Positions 35,917 to 45,068 of a stretch of 64,000 nt of DNA are shown piece after piece. The translations under genes were made by a program, and so were the position numbers. The number at the start of each line of letters is the position of its first letter. Position 1 is the first letter of the stretch. The notes below the pieces were generated by a model. That model was not told where the DNA came from. It was given only the letters and a program-made list of their open reading frames with translations, and did not search any database. This DNA is from Falsiroseomonas sp. (GTDB lineage: Bacteria > Pseudomonadota > Alphaproteobacteria > Acetobacterales > Acetobacteraceae). Location: the NCBI RefSeq assembly GCF_051859025.1, contig NZ_JBHYGL010000041.1, forward strand, positions 76,960 to 140,959, read 5' to 3'.

Positions 35917-36683
35917 TCGCATCCCTGCCCGGCGTGGACCTGTTCTTCAACGATAGCGGCGGCGATGGCGTGCCGCTGGTGCTGATGCACGCGAACACCG
36001 GCAATGCCGATAGCTGGGAGATGCAGACCCGGCCCTTCGCCGCGGCGGGCTTCCGCGTCATCGCCTTCGACCGGCGCGGCTGGGCGCGAAGCGTGCCCCG
36101 GCCCGATACCGGGCCACAGCCTGGCAGCATCGCGGAAGACCTCGACGCGCTCGCAACACATTTGGCCTTGCCGCGCTTCCACCTGCTGGGCGTCGCGGGC
36201 GGCGGCTTCGCGGCGCTGGATTACGCGGCCTGGCGCGGCGACCGGCTGCTGTCGCTGGTCGTGGGCGCCAGCTACGGGCAGTTCATCGATCCCGCGATCA
36301 CCGAACCCTACAGCCGCATCGCGACGCCCGCCTTCAAGGCGCTGCCGAGCGAGATGCGCGAACTCGGCCCGACCTATCGCGGCTTCGAACCCGCGGGGCT
36401 GGCGCGCTGGATCGCCATCGACCGCAACGCGATGCGAGAGGATGGCACGCCGCAACCGCTGCGCTCGCCCAACAGCTTCGCCAAGATCGCCACCATCGGC
36501 TGCCCCGCGCTGGTGATCGCCGGCGGCGCGGATCTATACGCGCCGCCGCGCCTGATGCGGCTCTGGGCGTCCCATCTGACGCGGCGCGAATTCCAGGTGA
36601 TCCCGGATGCCGGCCACGCCATCAACTGGGAAGCGCCGGAGTTGTTCAACGCGATGGTGCTGGATTTCCTGAAAGGGCGCTGA
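35913..36683 (+). CDS. Alpha/beta-hydrolase-fold protein with Ala at the nucleophile position
   Basis: ATGA overlap with the previous gene (alternative ATG at 35904). The fold is conserved (LVLMHANTGN, IAGGADL, PDAGHAINWE), but the nucleophile elbow reads GVAGG (Ala codon GCG at 36195-36197) instead of G-x-S-x-G. Confidence 0.8.
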   Translation: MIASLPGVDLFFNDSGGDGVPLVLMHANTGNADSWEMQTRPFAAAGFRVIAFDRRGWARSVPRPDTGPQPGSIAEDLDALATHLALPRFHLLGVAGGGFAALDYAAWRGDRLLSLVVGASYGQFIDPAITEPYSRIATPAFKALPSEMRELGPTYRGFEPAGLARWIAIDRNAMREDGTPQPLRSPNSFAKIATIGCPALVIAGGADLYAPPRLMRLWASHLTRREFQVIPDAGHAINWEAPELFNAMVLDFLKGR

Positions 36684-36684
36684 G

Positions 36685-36789
36685 CTACAGCGACTTCTCC
36701 AGCAGGTACATCAGCACCACCGCCACGATCGCGGCGCCCGCGATCAGCGGGAAGGTGTAGGGCATGGCGGGGCCGCGGTGGTCGCTCAT
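36685..36789 (-). CDS. Candidate small membrane protein (34 aa), below the ORF-track length cut-off
   Basis: Own translation: MSDHRGPAMPYTFPLIAGAAIVAVVLMYLLEKSL, with one TM helix. AGGAGA lies 7 nt upstream of the ATG. Downstream of, and co-oriented with, gene 36853..38034. Confidence 0.4.
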   Translation of the reverse strand: MSDHRGPAMPYTFPLIAGAAIVAVVLMYLLEKSL

Positions 36790-36852
36790 CGTCTTCTCTC
36801 CTGTTGCCGGTGACAGGGAAAACGCGGCGCCACGCACGGCGGTTCGGGAGCG

Positions 36853-38034
36853 TTACGCCAGCAGCGGGCGCAGGCGGAAGGCGATGCGCTCCGCCGTTTC
36901 GGACGGCGTTCGCGGCCGGACCAGCATCGCCTCCACCTCCGCGCGGATGATCCCATCCGCCCGCGCGGCCTGCGCGAAGGGGGGCAGCGCCGGGCGGGCC
37001 ACGCGCAACGCCGCGGCTTCAGCCGCCGCCCAGGGCGTGGCGGCGACGTAGCGCGGGTCCGACAACGCGGAGAGCCGCGCCGGGCCGATGCCGTTCAGCC
37101 CTGCGCGCACCGCTTCCTCCGCCCCGCCAAGCCGGCGCAGCGCGCGCATCGCGGCATCCGGGTTCGGCGCGTTGCGCGGCACGACCAGCGCCCGCAGCGC
37201 CACCGTCACCGGCGCCGCGCCGCCCTCCGCCCCGGGGATGAGGGAGGCCTCGATCCGCCCCGCATCCCGGCTGGCGCCCGGGCGGTTCAGCCATTCATGC
37301 CGGGCGAAGGGCGCCATCGCCCAGGCGCCGCGGCCCGCCTGCATTTCCCGCAGCGCGTCGGCTGGCATGAAGCGCGGCAGGGTGCGGGGCAGCACGCCCT
37401 CCGCGAACAGGGCGGCCAGGGCTTCCAGCGCGCGGATCATGCCGGGCTCCGTCACCCGCAGCGCCAGGCCAGGGCCGATCACATCGCCATCCCAGAGCCG
37501 CGCCAGGTCGAAGGCGAGTTCCGGCCCATCCGCCACCAGCCCGGCAATCACCTGGCCATCCGCGCGCCGGCCCAGGGCGGCGCGGCAGGCGGCCAGCAGC
37601 GCCGCGGCCGTCGCGGGGGGTGGTGCGTCTCCCGTGAGGGCGGTGTTGCGGAACAGCGCCTGCGTCACCTGCGCGAAGGGCAGGCCATGCAGCCGTCCCT
37701 CCAGCGTGAAGGCGCGGCGCAGCGCGGCGGGGATATCCGCCGCCGCTTCCTCCACCGGCAGGAACAGAGCGGCGGCGCGCGGCGTCACCAGATGATGCGG
37801 CAGCAGCGCCAGATCGTAGCTGCCCACGGCCAGGCCGGCATCGCGCAGCGCGCGGTCATAGGGCGTATCGGAGATCGTCCAGGCGATGCCCGGCCCGGCG
37901 ACATCGCCGCCCCGCCCGCCGGCCAGCTGCGCGCGAGTCGCGGCATCCGCCAGCATCACCACGCGATCCGCCTGCGCCCGCACCGGCCGCGCCAGCAGGG
38001 CGGGCAGCGCGAGCAGAAGGGCACGGCGCTTCAC
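36853..38034 (-). CDS. Periplasmic protein, solute-binding-protein-like (orphan)
   Basis: Start placed at the GTG (38034) that gives VKRRALLLALPALLARPVRAQA (signal peptide), preceded by GGGGAGG. About 393 aa and Ala/Leu/Arg-rich. The SBP-like assignment is weak. The track extension to 38157 runs through the tandem repeat and the neighbouring gene and is rejected. Confidence 0.55.
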   Translation of the reverse strand: MKRRALLLALPALLARPVRAQADRVVMLADAATRAQLAGGRGGDVAGPGIAWTISDTPYDRALRDAGLAVGSYDLALLPHHLVTPRAAALFLPVEEAAADIPAALRRAFTLEGRLHGLPFAQVTQALFRNTALTGDAPPPATAAALLAACRAALGRRADGQVIAGLVADGPELAFDLARLWDGDVIGPGLALRVTEPGMIRALEALAALFAEGVLPRTLPRFMPADALREMQAGRGAWAMAPFARHEWLNRPGASRDAGRIEASLIPGAEGGAAPVTVALRALVVPRNAPNPDAAMRALRRLGGAEEAVRAGLNGIGPARLSALSDPRYVAATPWAAAEAAALRVARPALPPFAQAARADGIIRAEVEAMLVRPRTPSETAERIAFRLRPLLA

Positions 38035-38044
38035 CCTCCCCTGC

Positions 38045-38105
38045 CTCCCGGGTGCTTCACGCACCCATGCGCTCCCGGGTGCTTCACGCACCCATGCGCT
38101 CCCGG
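38045..38105. repeat. Perfect 27-bp tandem duplication (2.2 copies)
   Basis: tcccgggtgcttcacgcacccatgcgc occurs at 38046-38072 and again at 38073-38099, with a partial third copy (tcccgg). It covers the last 7 codons plus the stop (…RERMGA*) of gene 38084..38854 and the spacer to the next gene. Confidence 0.9.
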
Positions 38106-38854
38106 TACCGCTTGCCCCAATCCTCGCCGCGCACCCAGTCCAGCAGGCTGGCGGCATCCGCGGGCTGCTTCGTCATCGCACGCACGCAGCGCCAGGCCAG
38201 GGCATGCATGCAGGAGGTGACGGGCGCATCCCCCACGAAGGGTTTCCCCAATATGGCGCCGAGCGTCGGCATGCCCGTGCCGAGCATCGCCACGGCCTGC
38301 GCCCGCCCCGCCGGCAGCGCGGCCAGCGCGGCGGCGGCGCCAGCGGCGTTCATGGCGTAGATCGGGTGGAAGGCGCCGTCCTCCATGGCGCCGCGGGACA
38401 CATCCACCACATCGAAGCCCCGCGCGCGCCAATAGCCCGTCGCGGCATCGGTCAGGTCGTCGGGATAGGGCGACACCAGTCCGATCCGCTCCGCGCCGAT
38501 GGCGTGGAAGGCATCGCGCACCGCGGTGGCGGCGGTGATGACGGGAATGCCGAGGCGATCCTCCATCCGCGCCACCAGCGCATCCTCCTCCTCGACGCCC
38601 GCGTAGTAGCTGGCGCCGGTGCAGGCGAAGGCGATGGCGTCGATGGGGGCATTGGCGAATTGCGCGGCCGCGCCCGGCAGGTCCCGCAGATAGTCCAGCA
38701 GGCGGGCGATGATGGTGTCCTTCGGGCTCGTCAGGCGCGCGTTCAGCATGGCGATGCCGGCGGGCCAGAGCATGGCGAATTCCGGCTCCACCGTCGTGTT
38801 CGCCTGGGGCGTCAGCACGCCCACCAGGCCGCGCGGCGCGTATTCGACGGTCAT
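38084..38854 (-). CDS. Maleate cis-trans isomerase / arylmalonate decarboxylase family protein (Asp/Glu racemase superfamily)
   Basis: 256 aa. Two catalytic-type Cys contexts (IAFACTGASY and PVTSCMHAL). Family-typical length and the VLTPQANTTVEPEF N-terminus. Confidence 0.8.
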   Translation of the reverse strand: MTVEYAPRGLVGVLTPQANTTVEPEFAMLWPAGIAMLNARLTSPKDTIIARLLDYLRDLPGAAAQFANAPIDAIAFACTGASYYAGVEEEDALVARMEDRLGIPVITAATAVRDAFHAIGAERIGLVSPYPDDLTDAATGYWRARGFDVVDVSRGAMEDGAFHPIYAMNAAGAAAALAALPAGRAQAVAMLGTGMPTLGAILGKPFVGDAPVTSCMHALAWRCVRAMTKQPADAASLLDWVRGEDWGKRYRERMGA

Positions 38855-40479
38855 GCCGGTTCTCCTCCCCTGATGCGGGTCGCGATGGCCTCGGCCTCGG
38901 CCGGGTCATCAGCGCCGCGCCATGCCACATGCCCGTCCGGGCGCAGCAGCACCAGGGGGCGCTGCATCAGTTCCACCGCGACGGGATCGGCGACATCGCG
39001 CAGCACCAGCGGGACGCCCTGCGCGCGGATCGCCGCCAGCAGCCCGGGCGCCGCGGCGCCTGGTGCCGCCAGCAGGGTGAAGGCGCTTCTGTCCACGAGG
39101 TCCAGCGTGCTCGAACCATCCGCCAGCCAGCCATGCGGGAAGCGGCTGCCGGGCCAGGTGGAGGGCACCACCTGCCCCTGGTCATCCGGCGGTTCCGCCG
39201 TGCCATCCGGCACCACCACGGGGCTGTCGGCGTAGCGGTAGCCCAGATGCGTGCCCGCGCTGTTGAACTGCTTTGCCATCCAGAGGATGCGCTTCCGCAG
39301 CGCATCCCGCGATGCCGCCGACACATCGATATCCGGCGCGACCTCCCCCATCACCATGTCGATGCGGTCGGAGTTGTTGGCGCTGATGACGCTGTTGCGC
39401 CAGGCCACCGGCTTGCGCTCCGCCTCATAGCTGTCGAGCAGCGCGGCGCCGCCCCAGCCCTGCTCCACCGCGGCGAGTTTCCAGGCCAAATCCACCGCAT
39501 CCCCGATGCCGGTATTCATGCCGACGCCGCCGGTTGGCACGAAGAGATGCGCGGCATCGCCCGCCAGGAACACGCGCCCATCCCGCCAGCGATGCGCGAC
39601 GGATTGATGGTGGTGCCAATGCGTCGTCGCCAGCAGGTCGAACGCGAACGCCTTGCCCATCGCGCGGTGCAGCACCGTGGCGGGATCATCCTGCGCCGCG
39701 TCGCGCGCCGGGTCGGCCCAATAGTGCTGGTAGTTCCAGGTCGAATGCCCGTCGATGGCGGTGAAGACGCCGAAGGCATCGGGCGCCAGGCAGAAATAGA
39801 GGTTCGCCAGCCCCTTCCCATGCGCCCCGAGAAAATCCGGGGAGCGGAAGAGGTAGCTGACATTGCTCCTCATCCGCCCGCGCCCGCCCATGCGGATGCC
39901 GAGCCTGCGTCGCACCGCGCTGGCACCGCCATCGCAGGCGACCATCCAGCGCGCCGCCAGGCTTTCGCGCTGGCCGGTGCCGGCATGTTCGATGTGGCTG
40001 ACCACGCCGCCTTCGACCTGCGCGAAATCGATCTGCTTCCACCCATGGCGCAATTCCAGCAAAGGCTGGCGCCGCGCCTCCGCCAGCAGCACCGGCTCCA
40101 GCGCCTGCTGCCCGATCTGCGTCTTGCCCCAGGGGGACCAGGCGAGTTCCCGGAACCGCGCCACCGCCTCCGGCGCCCGCCGCCGCACGGCCTCCAGCCC
40201 CGGGGATCGGAAGCGGTGGAGTTCATGCCCCGCCAGGCGATCGCAGAAGAGGATGAAGTAGTCCTCCTCCTGCCGCATGGCCGCATCGGCCACCTTGAGG
40301 TCGAGGCGATCCCAGGCGCGGAAATGCTCCATGGACCGCGCGCCGAGCAGCGTGGCCTTGGGGTGCGGGGCCGGCCCCTCCCGCTCCTCCACCAACACGG
40401 CGCGCACGCCCGCGCGGGCCAGGGCGATGCCGAGGCAGAGGCCGACCGGCCCGCCCCCCACGATCAAGACCGGCGTCAT
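38851..40479 (-). CDS. FAD-dependent aromatic-ring monooxygenase (PheA/TfdB-like)
   Basis: 542 aa from MTPVLIVGGGPVGLCLG (GxGxxG; ATG 40479). Contains ACDGGASAVRRRLG and GDAAHLFVPTGGVGMNTGIGDAVDLAWKL. The track extension to 40902 is rejected. Confidence 0.9.
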   Translation of the reverse strand: MTPVLIVGGGPVGLCLGIALARAGVRAVLVEEREGPAPHPKATLLGARSMEHFRAWDRLDLKVADAAMRQEEDYFILFCDRLAGHELHRFRSPGLEAVRRRAPEAVARFRELAWSPWGKTQIGQQALEPVLLAEARRQPLLELRHGWKQIDFAQVEGGVVSHIEHAGTGQRESLAARWMVACDGGASAVRRRLGIRMGGRGRMRSNVSYLFRSPDFLGAHGKGLANLYFCLAPDAFGVFTAIDGHSTWNYQHYWADPARDAAQDDPATVLHRAMGKAFAFDLLATTHWHHHQSVAHRWRDGRVFLAGDAAHLFVPTGGVGMNTGIGDAVDLAWKLAAVEQGWGGAALLDSYEAERKPVAWRNSVISANNSDRIDMVMGEVAPDIDVSAASRDALRKRILWMAKQFNSAGTHLGYRYADSPVVVPDGTAEPPDDQGQVVPSTWPGSRFPHGWLADGSSTLDLVDRSAFTLLAAPGAAAPGLLAAIRAQGVPLVLRDVADPVAVELMQRPLVLLRPDGHVAWRGADDPAEAEAIATRIRGGEPA

Positions 40480-40548
40480 CCCGCCCCTCCGCGCTTCGCC
40501 CGCTATGCTATAGGCTCCCAGCCAGAATCGGGAACGGGACCCCCCCTC

Positions 40549-41511
40549 ATGCGCCGTCGCGACCTGTTCGCCCTGCTGCCCTTGGCACCGCTCGCCCTGC
40601 CGGGCCTGGCCCAGGCGCAGGGGGGCTACCCCAGCCGCCCGGTACGCGTGGTGGTTCCCTTCCCGCCTGGTGGCACCACCGACTTCATCGCCCGCCTGGT
40701 CAGCCAGCGCCTGGCCAGCGTGCTCGGCCAGCCCTTCGTGATCGAGAATCGCGCCGGCGCGGGCGGCACCGTGGGGTCCGACTTCGTCGCGAAAAGCGCG
40801 CCGGACGGCCACACCCTCGTCGTCTCCAACATCGCGAGCTTCGGCGTGGGGCCTAGCGTCTATCGATCGATGCCCTACAACTCCGTCACCGACTTCGCCC
40901 ATATCGCGGTGATGGCGGAAATCCCCTCCGTCCTCGCCGTCAGCGCCACCAGCCCCATCAGGACCTTCGCCGATTTCGTGACGGCGGCGAAGGCAAGGCC
41001 GGGGATGACGATCGGGTCGCCGGGCAATGGCACCTCATCCCACGCCAAGCAGGCCGTCCTGCAACGCTCCGCGGGGATCGAGACGACCCACGTCCCCTAC
41101 CGCGGCAGCGGGCCCATGATGAACGACCTGATGTCGAACGCGGTGGACGGCATGATCACCACCCTCGTCGAGGCCGGGCGCAACGAACGCTTCCGCCTGC
41201 TGGCCGTGACCGCCGATGCCCGCGTGGAAGGCTGGCCTGATCTGCCGACCTTCAAGGAACTGGGCCACCCCGACCTGGTGGCCTCCACTTGGTTCGGCCT
41301 CTCCGCCCCCGCCGGCACGCCGGAGGCGATCGTCACGCGCCTCAATGCCGAGGTGCTGACCGGCCTGGCCACGCCCGAGATCGCGCCCCGCCTGGTGGAA
41401 ACCGGCGCCACGCCGCGCCGCATGTCCGCCCCGGAATACACCGCCTTCGTCGCCGCCGAAGTCACGCGCTGGGCCGCGGTGGTCCGCGCCGCCAACATCC
41501 GCGCGGATTGA
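40549..41511 (+). CDS. Tripartite tricarboxylate transporter substrate-binding protein (Bug family)
   Basis: 320 aa from MRRRDLFALLPLAPLALPGLAQAQ (ATG 40549). Hallmark YPSRPVRVVVPFPPGGTTD. This is only the 3' part of the 860-aa track ORF. Confidence 0.9.
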   Translation: MRRRDLFALLPLAPLALPGLAQAQGGYPSRPVRVVVPFPPGGTTDFIARLVSQRLASVLGQPFVIENRAGAGGTVGSDFVAKSAPDGHTLVVSNIASFGVGPSVYRSMPYNSVTDFAHIAVMAEIPSVLAVSATSPIRTFADFVTAAKARPGMTIGSPGNGTSSHAKQAVLQRSAGIETTHVPYRGSGPMMNDLMSNAVDGMITTLVEAGRNERFRLLAVTADARVEGWPDLPTFKELGHPDLVASTWFGLSAPAGTPEAIVTRLNAEVLTGLATPEIAPRLVETGATPRRMSAPEYTAFVAAEVTRWAAVVRAANIRAD

Positions 41512-41678
41512 TGGCCGGGAAACCGCCACCCCCCGGCAGCAAGGCCGAACGGGAAGCCCGGCTGGCCGCGGCGCTGCGGGAGAACCTGCGCAAGCGGAAG
41601 GCCCAGGCCCGTGCCCGGGCCGAGGACCAGCCGTCCCCGCCGCCAGCCGCGCCGCCCGCGGACTCGCCAAAGGGCTAG
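41511..41678 (+). CDS. Small basic hypothetical protein (55 aa)
   Basis: MAGKPPPPGSKAEREARLAAALRENLRKRKAQARARAEDQPSPPPAAPPADSPKG. The ATG overlaps the Bug gene stop by 1 nt. The REARLAAALRxNLxxRKAQ pattern is familiar to me from small alphaproteobacterial proteins, but I cannot verify this. Confidence 0.45.
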   Translation: MAGKPPPPGSKAEREARLAAALRENLRKRKAQARARAEDQPSPPPAAPPADSPKG

Positions 41679-41737
41679 CCCCCCCGGCCCGCCTGGGGTA
41701 ACCCACGGCCCCGACGACCGAGAGGCCCACCACCCCC

Positions 41738-42292
41738 ATGTCCATCATGCCCGACACCTGGATCCGCCAGATGGCCCAGGACAAGGCCATGATCGAACCC
41801 TTCGTCGAAAGCCAGCGACGGGAAGGGGTGATCAGCTACGGCCTGTCCTCCTTCGGCTATGACGCGCGGCTGGCCGACGAATTCAAGATTTTTACCAATG
41901 TGGACAACGCGATCGTCGATCCCAAGGTCTTCTCGGACCAGGGCTTCGTCACGCGGCGCGGGGATACCTGCATCATCCCGCCCAACAGCTTCGTGCTGTG
42001 CCACACCATCGAATACTTCCGCATCCCGCGCGACGTGCTGGTCATCTGCCTCGGCAAATCCACCTATGCGCGCTGCGGCCTGATCGTGAACGTCACCCCC
42101 CTGGAACCCGAATGGGAAGGCCAGGTCACGATCGAAATCAGCAACACCACCCCCCTGCCCGCCCGCATCTACGCGAACGAAGGCATCTGCCAGTTCCTGT
42201 TCCTGAAAGGCGCCAGCGCCCCCGAAACCAGCTACGCCGACCGCAAGGGCAAATACATGCGCCAACGCGGCGTGTCGCTGCCACGGCTCTGA
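41738..42292 (+). CDS. dcd: dCTP deaminase
   Basis: 184 aa. Conserved [37 protein letters not shown]. Confidence 0.95.
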   Translation: MSIMPDTWIRQMAQDKAMIEPFVESQRREGVISYGLSSFGYDARLADEFKIFTNVDNAIVDPKVFSDQGFVTRRGDTCIIPPNSFVLCHTIEYFRIPRDVLVICLGKSTYARCGLIVNVTPLEPEWEGQVTIEISNTTPLPARIYANEGICQFLFLKGASAPETSYADRKGKYMRQRGVSLPRL

Positions 42293-42389
42293 GGCGTGGC
42301 GCGGGTTCTTGCCAGGGGGCTTTGCCCCCCGGCACCCCCCACCAGGGTCGGACGCATGTGTCCGACGGGGGCTCCTGGACCACAATCTG

Positions 42390-42461
42390 ATGGGATCAGG
42401 GGAGAGGGGCCAGAGCGCGCGCGACACAGTGGTCCCGCCGGCCCCTCTCCCCTGATCCCAT
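42390..42461. repeat. Perfect 22-bp inverted repeat (long hairpin) in the dcd-murA spacer
   Basis: atgggatcaggggagaggggcc (42390-42411) pairs perfectly with ggcccctctcccctgatcccat (42440-42461). The loop is 28 nt. Confidence 0.9.
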
Positions 42462-42471
42462 GAAAGGGGTT

Positions 42472-42522
42472 CCGAGGGGCCGCTGCCCCTCGGTGGGGAG
42501 CGCGAGGGGCAGCGCCCCTCGC
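42472..42522. repeat. Two tandem copies of a short palindromic unit (CGAGGGGC-N3/4-GCCCCTCG)
   Basis: ccgaggggc cgct gcccctcgg (42472-42493) and gcgaggggc agc gcccctcgc (42502-42522). REP-like. Confidence 0.85.
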
Positions 42523-42561
42523 AGGAACCGCGCCACACTCTAGAGTCGGAGGCCACGCGCC

Positions 42562-43815
42562 ATGGACCGTATTCGCATTCGCGGGGGCAGGCCGCTCAAC
42601 GGGTCCATTCCGATCGGGGGGGCCAAGAATGCCACGCTGCCCTTGATGGCGGCGGGGCTGCTCAGCGATGGGCCGCTGGTGCTGGAGAATGCGCCTGATC
42701 TCGCGGATATCGCGACCATGCGGAATCTGTTGTCCCAGCATGGGCTGACGGTGGTGCATGACCGCGCGGCGCGGACGCTGACCATGTCCGGGGCGGCAAA
42801 TAATCTGGAGGCGCCCTACGACCTGGTGCGCAAGATGCGCGCCTCCGTCCTGGTGATGGGCCCGCTGGTGGCGCGGTTCGGGGAGGCCCGGGTGAGCCTG
42901 CCGGGCGGCTGCGCCATCGGCACGCGGCCCGTGGACCTCCACATCAAGGGGCTGGAGCAGATGGGCGCCGTCTTCGACCTCGAAGGCGGGTACATGCATG
43001 CGAAGGCGCCGCAGGGGTTGAAGGGCGCGCGGATCATCTTCCCGCAGGTCAGTGTCGGGGCGACCGAGAATTTGCTGATGGCCGCCTGCCTGGCGGATGG
43101 CGTCACGGAGCTGGTGAATGCGGCGCGGGAGCCGGAGATCGGCGACCTCGCCATGTGCCTGATGCGCATGGGTGCGCGGATCGAGGGCATCGGCACCGAC
43201 CGCCTGGTGATCGAGGGCGGCAAGACCCTGGGTGCCGCGACGCATCCCATCATCCCCGACCGGATCGAGGCCGGCACCTATGCCTGCGCCGCCGCCATCA
43301 CGGGGGGTTCCGTGTTCCTGGAAGGCGCCCGGATGGTCGACCTCGGCGCCGTGGTCCGCGTGATGCGGGAGGCCGGCGTGGATGTGGCGGAGGAGAATGG
43401 CGGGCTGCGCGTCACGCGCCTCAACGGGTTGCGCGGCGCCGATGTGATGACGGAGCCCTTCCCCGGCTTCGCCACCGACATGCAGGCGCAGTTCATGGCG
43501 CTGATGTGCGTCGCCGAGGGGGCGTCGATGATCACGGAGACGATCTTCGAGAACCGCTTCATGCATGTGCCGGAGCTGACGCGCATGGGTGCGCGCATCA
43601 AGTATCACGGCCAGAGCGCCATCGTCCGCGGCGTGCCGAAGCTGAGTGGCGCGCCGGTGATGGCGACGGATTTGCGCGCCTCCGTCAGCCTGGTGCTGGC
43701 CGGCCTGGCGGCGCAGGGGGAGACGATCGTGAACCGGGTCTATCACCTCGACCGCGGGTATGAATCCATCGAGCGGAAGCTGGGCGCCGTTGGGGCGGAG
43801 ATCGAGCGGGTGTGA
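42562..43815 (+). CDS. murA: UDP-N-acetylglucosamine 1-carboxyvinyltransferase
   Basis: 417 aa starting [24 protein letters not shown]. Active-site loop [16 protein letters not shown], with the Cys retained. Confidence 0.95.
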   Translation: MDRIRIRGGRPLNGSIPIGGAKNATLPLMAAGLLSDGPLVLENAPDLADIATMRNLLSQHGLTVVHDRAARTLTMSGAANNLEAPYDLVRKMRASVLVMGPLVARFGEARVSLPGGCAIGTRPVDLHIKGLEQMGAVFDLEGGYMHAKAPQGLKGARIIFPQVSVGATENLLMAACLADGVTELVNAAREPEIGDLAMCLMRMGARIEGIGTDRLVIEGGKTLGAATHPIIPDRIEAGTYACAAAITGGSVFLEGARMVDLGAVVRVMREAGVDVAEENGGLRVTRLNGLRGADVMTEPFPGFATDMQAQFMALMCVAEGASMITETIFENRFMHVPELTRMGARIKYHGQSAIVRGVPKLSGAPVMATDLRASVSLVLAGLAAQGETIVNRVYHLDRGYESIERKLGAVGAEIERV

Positions 43816-45062
43816 GGGCGGCCGGCCCTGGGGATCGGCAGCGGGAAGGGCGAGGCATTGGGGCGGATGGCGGGGCGGGCACGCGCCATGGCGGGCTGAA
43901 TGGCCTGCGCGGCGTGCTCTGCATCCAGATCATGATCGTTCATTTCATCATGGCCTATGTGCCGGATGCGCTGACGCCGTTCAGCCCGGCCCTGTTCCCG
44001 CCGACGGCGGACCCGCATTGGCTGGCGCCCTGGCTGCGCCTGCCGGGGGCGTCGCTGCTGACCGGCGGCAATTTCGCGGTGATGACCTTCTTCGCGCTGT
44101 CCGGCTACGTCTTCACGCTGAACTACTATGCCGGGAAGCCGGATCGCCTGCGCGTCACGCTCTGGGGCCGCTACATCCGGCTGACGGTCGCCATGGCGCC
44201 CATCGTGCTGCTGTCCTGGCTGCTGTCCCGGGGCGGGTTCTACGCGACGCAGGATGTGGCGGCGGCGACGGGCTCCATCGCCTTCGGCGCGCAGATGCCC
44301 GCGGCGGAGATGACGCTGGCGAATGCGCTGCGCGACATGGCGTGGCACGTGTTGATGACGGGCGAATCACACTTCAACACCGCGCTCTGGACCGTGCGCT
44401 ACGAATTCCTCGGCGCGCTGATGATCCTGCTGCTGTTCCTGGCCATGCCGCATGGCGTGCGGGTGGTGCCGGTGCTGTGCTTCGCGGTGCTGGCCGCGCT
44501 GGTCTTCGGGCCCTTCGCGATCTTCGTGCTGGTGATGCTCGGGGGCGCGCTGGTGAATGCGGTGCGCATCCCGGCGCGGGCGGTGCCCGCCCTCGCATTC
44601 TTCGGGCTGTTCATGGGGTCCTACCTGCCAGGCCATGCGCCCTATTCCTGGCTGCCCGCGCCCTTCACCGCGCCGGACCAGGTCTTCTTCAACGTGCCGC
44701 TCTACAACATGGTGGGCGCGGTCTGCCTGGTGGCGGCGGTGGCGCGGGGTTTCGGCGGTCGCTTCCTGTCGGCGCGGCCTCTGCAATGGCTCGGCGACCT
44801 GTCCTACAGCGCCTATCTGCTGCACCTGCTGGTGCTGTGCTCGGTCTCCGCCTGGCTGTTCCTGGCACTGCCGAGGGGCGACCTTGCGCTGCTGCTCAAC
44901 CTGGTCGTCTACATCGCTGTCGTGCTGGCGCTGGCGGCGCCCTATTCCGCCATCGTCGATGCCGCCGGAATCAATTGGGCGCGCCGCTTCGGCACCTGGG
45001 TGACTCGCCCGCCCGGGGAGGTCCCCCGCCGCAGGGCGGGGGTGGTGCATCCGGCGGAGTAG
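43812..45062 (+). CDS. Acyltransferase family 3 membrane protein
   Basis: 416 aa. GTG start overlapping the murA stop (GTGTGA); the start is not certain. Contains [17 protein letters not shown] plus about 10 TM segments. Confidence 0.8.
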   Translation: MRAAGPGDRQREGRGIGADGGAGTRHGGLNGLRGVLCIQIMIVHFIMAYVPDALTPFSPALFPPTADPHWLAPWLRLPGASLLTGGNFAVMTFFALSGYVFTLNYYAGKPDRLRVTLWGRYIRLTVAMAPIVLLSWLLSRGGFYATQDVAAATGSIAFGAQMPAAEMTLANALRDMAWHVLMTGESHFNTALWTVRYEFLGALMILLLFLAMPHGVRVVPVLCFAVLAALVFGPFAIFVLVMLGGALVNAVRIPARAVPALAFFGLFMGSYLPGHAPYSWLPAPFTAPDQVFFNVPLYNMVGAVCLVAAVARGFGGRFLSARPLQWLGDLSYSAYLLHLLVLCSVSAWLFLALPRGDLALLLNLVVYIAVVLALAAPYSAIVDAAGINWARRFGTWVTRPPGEVPRRRAGVVHPAE

Positions 45063-45068
45063 GAACGC

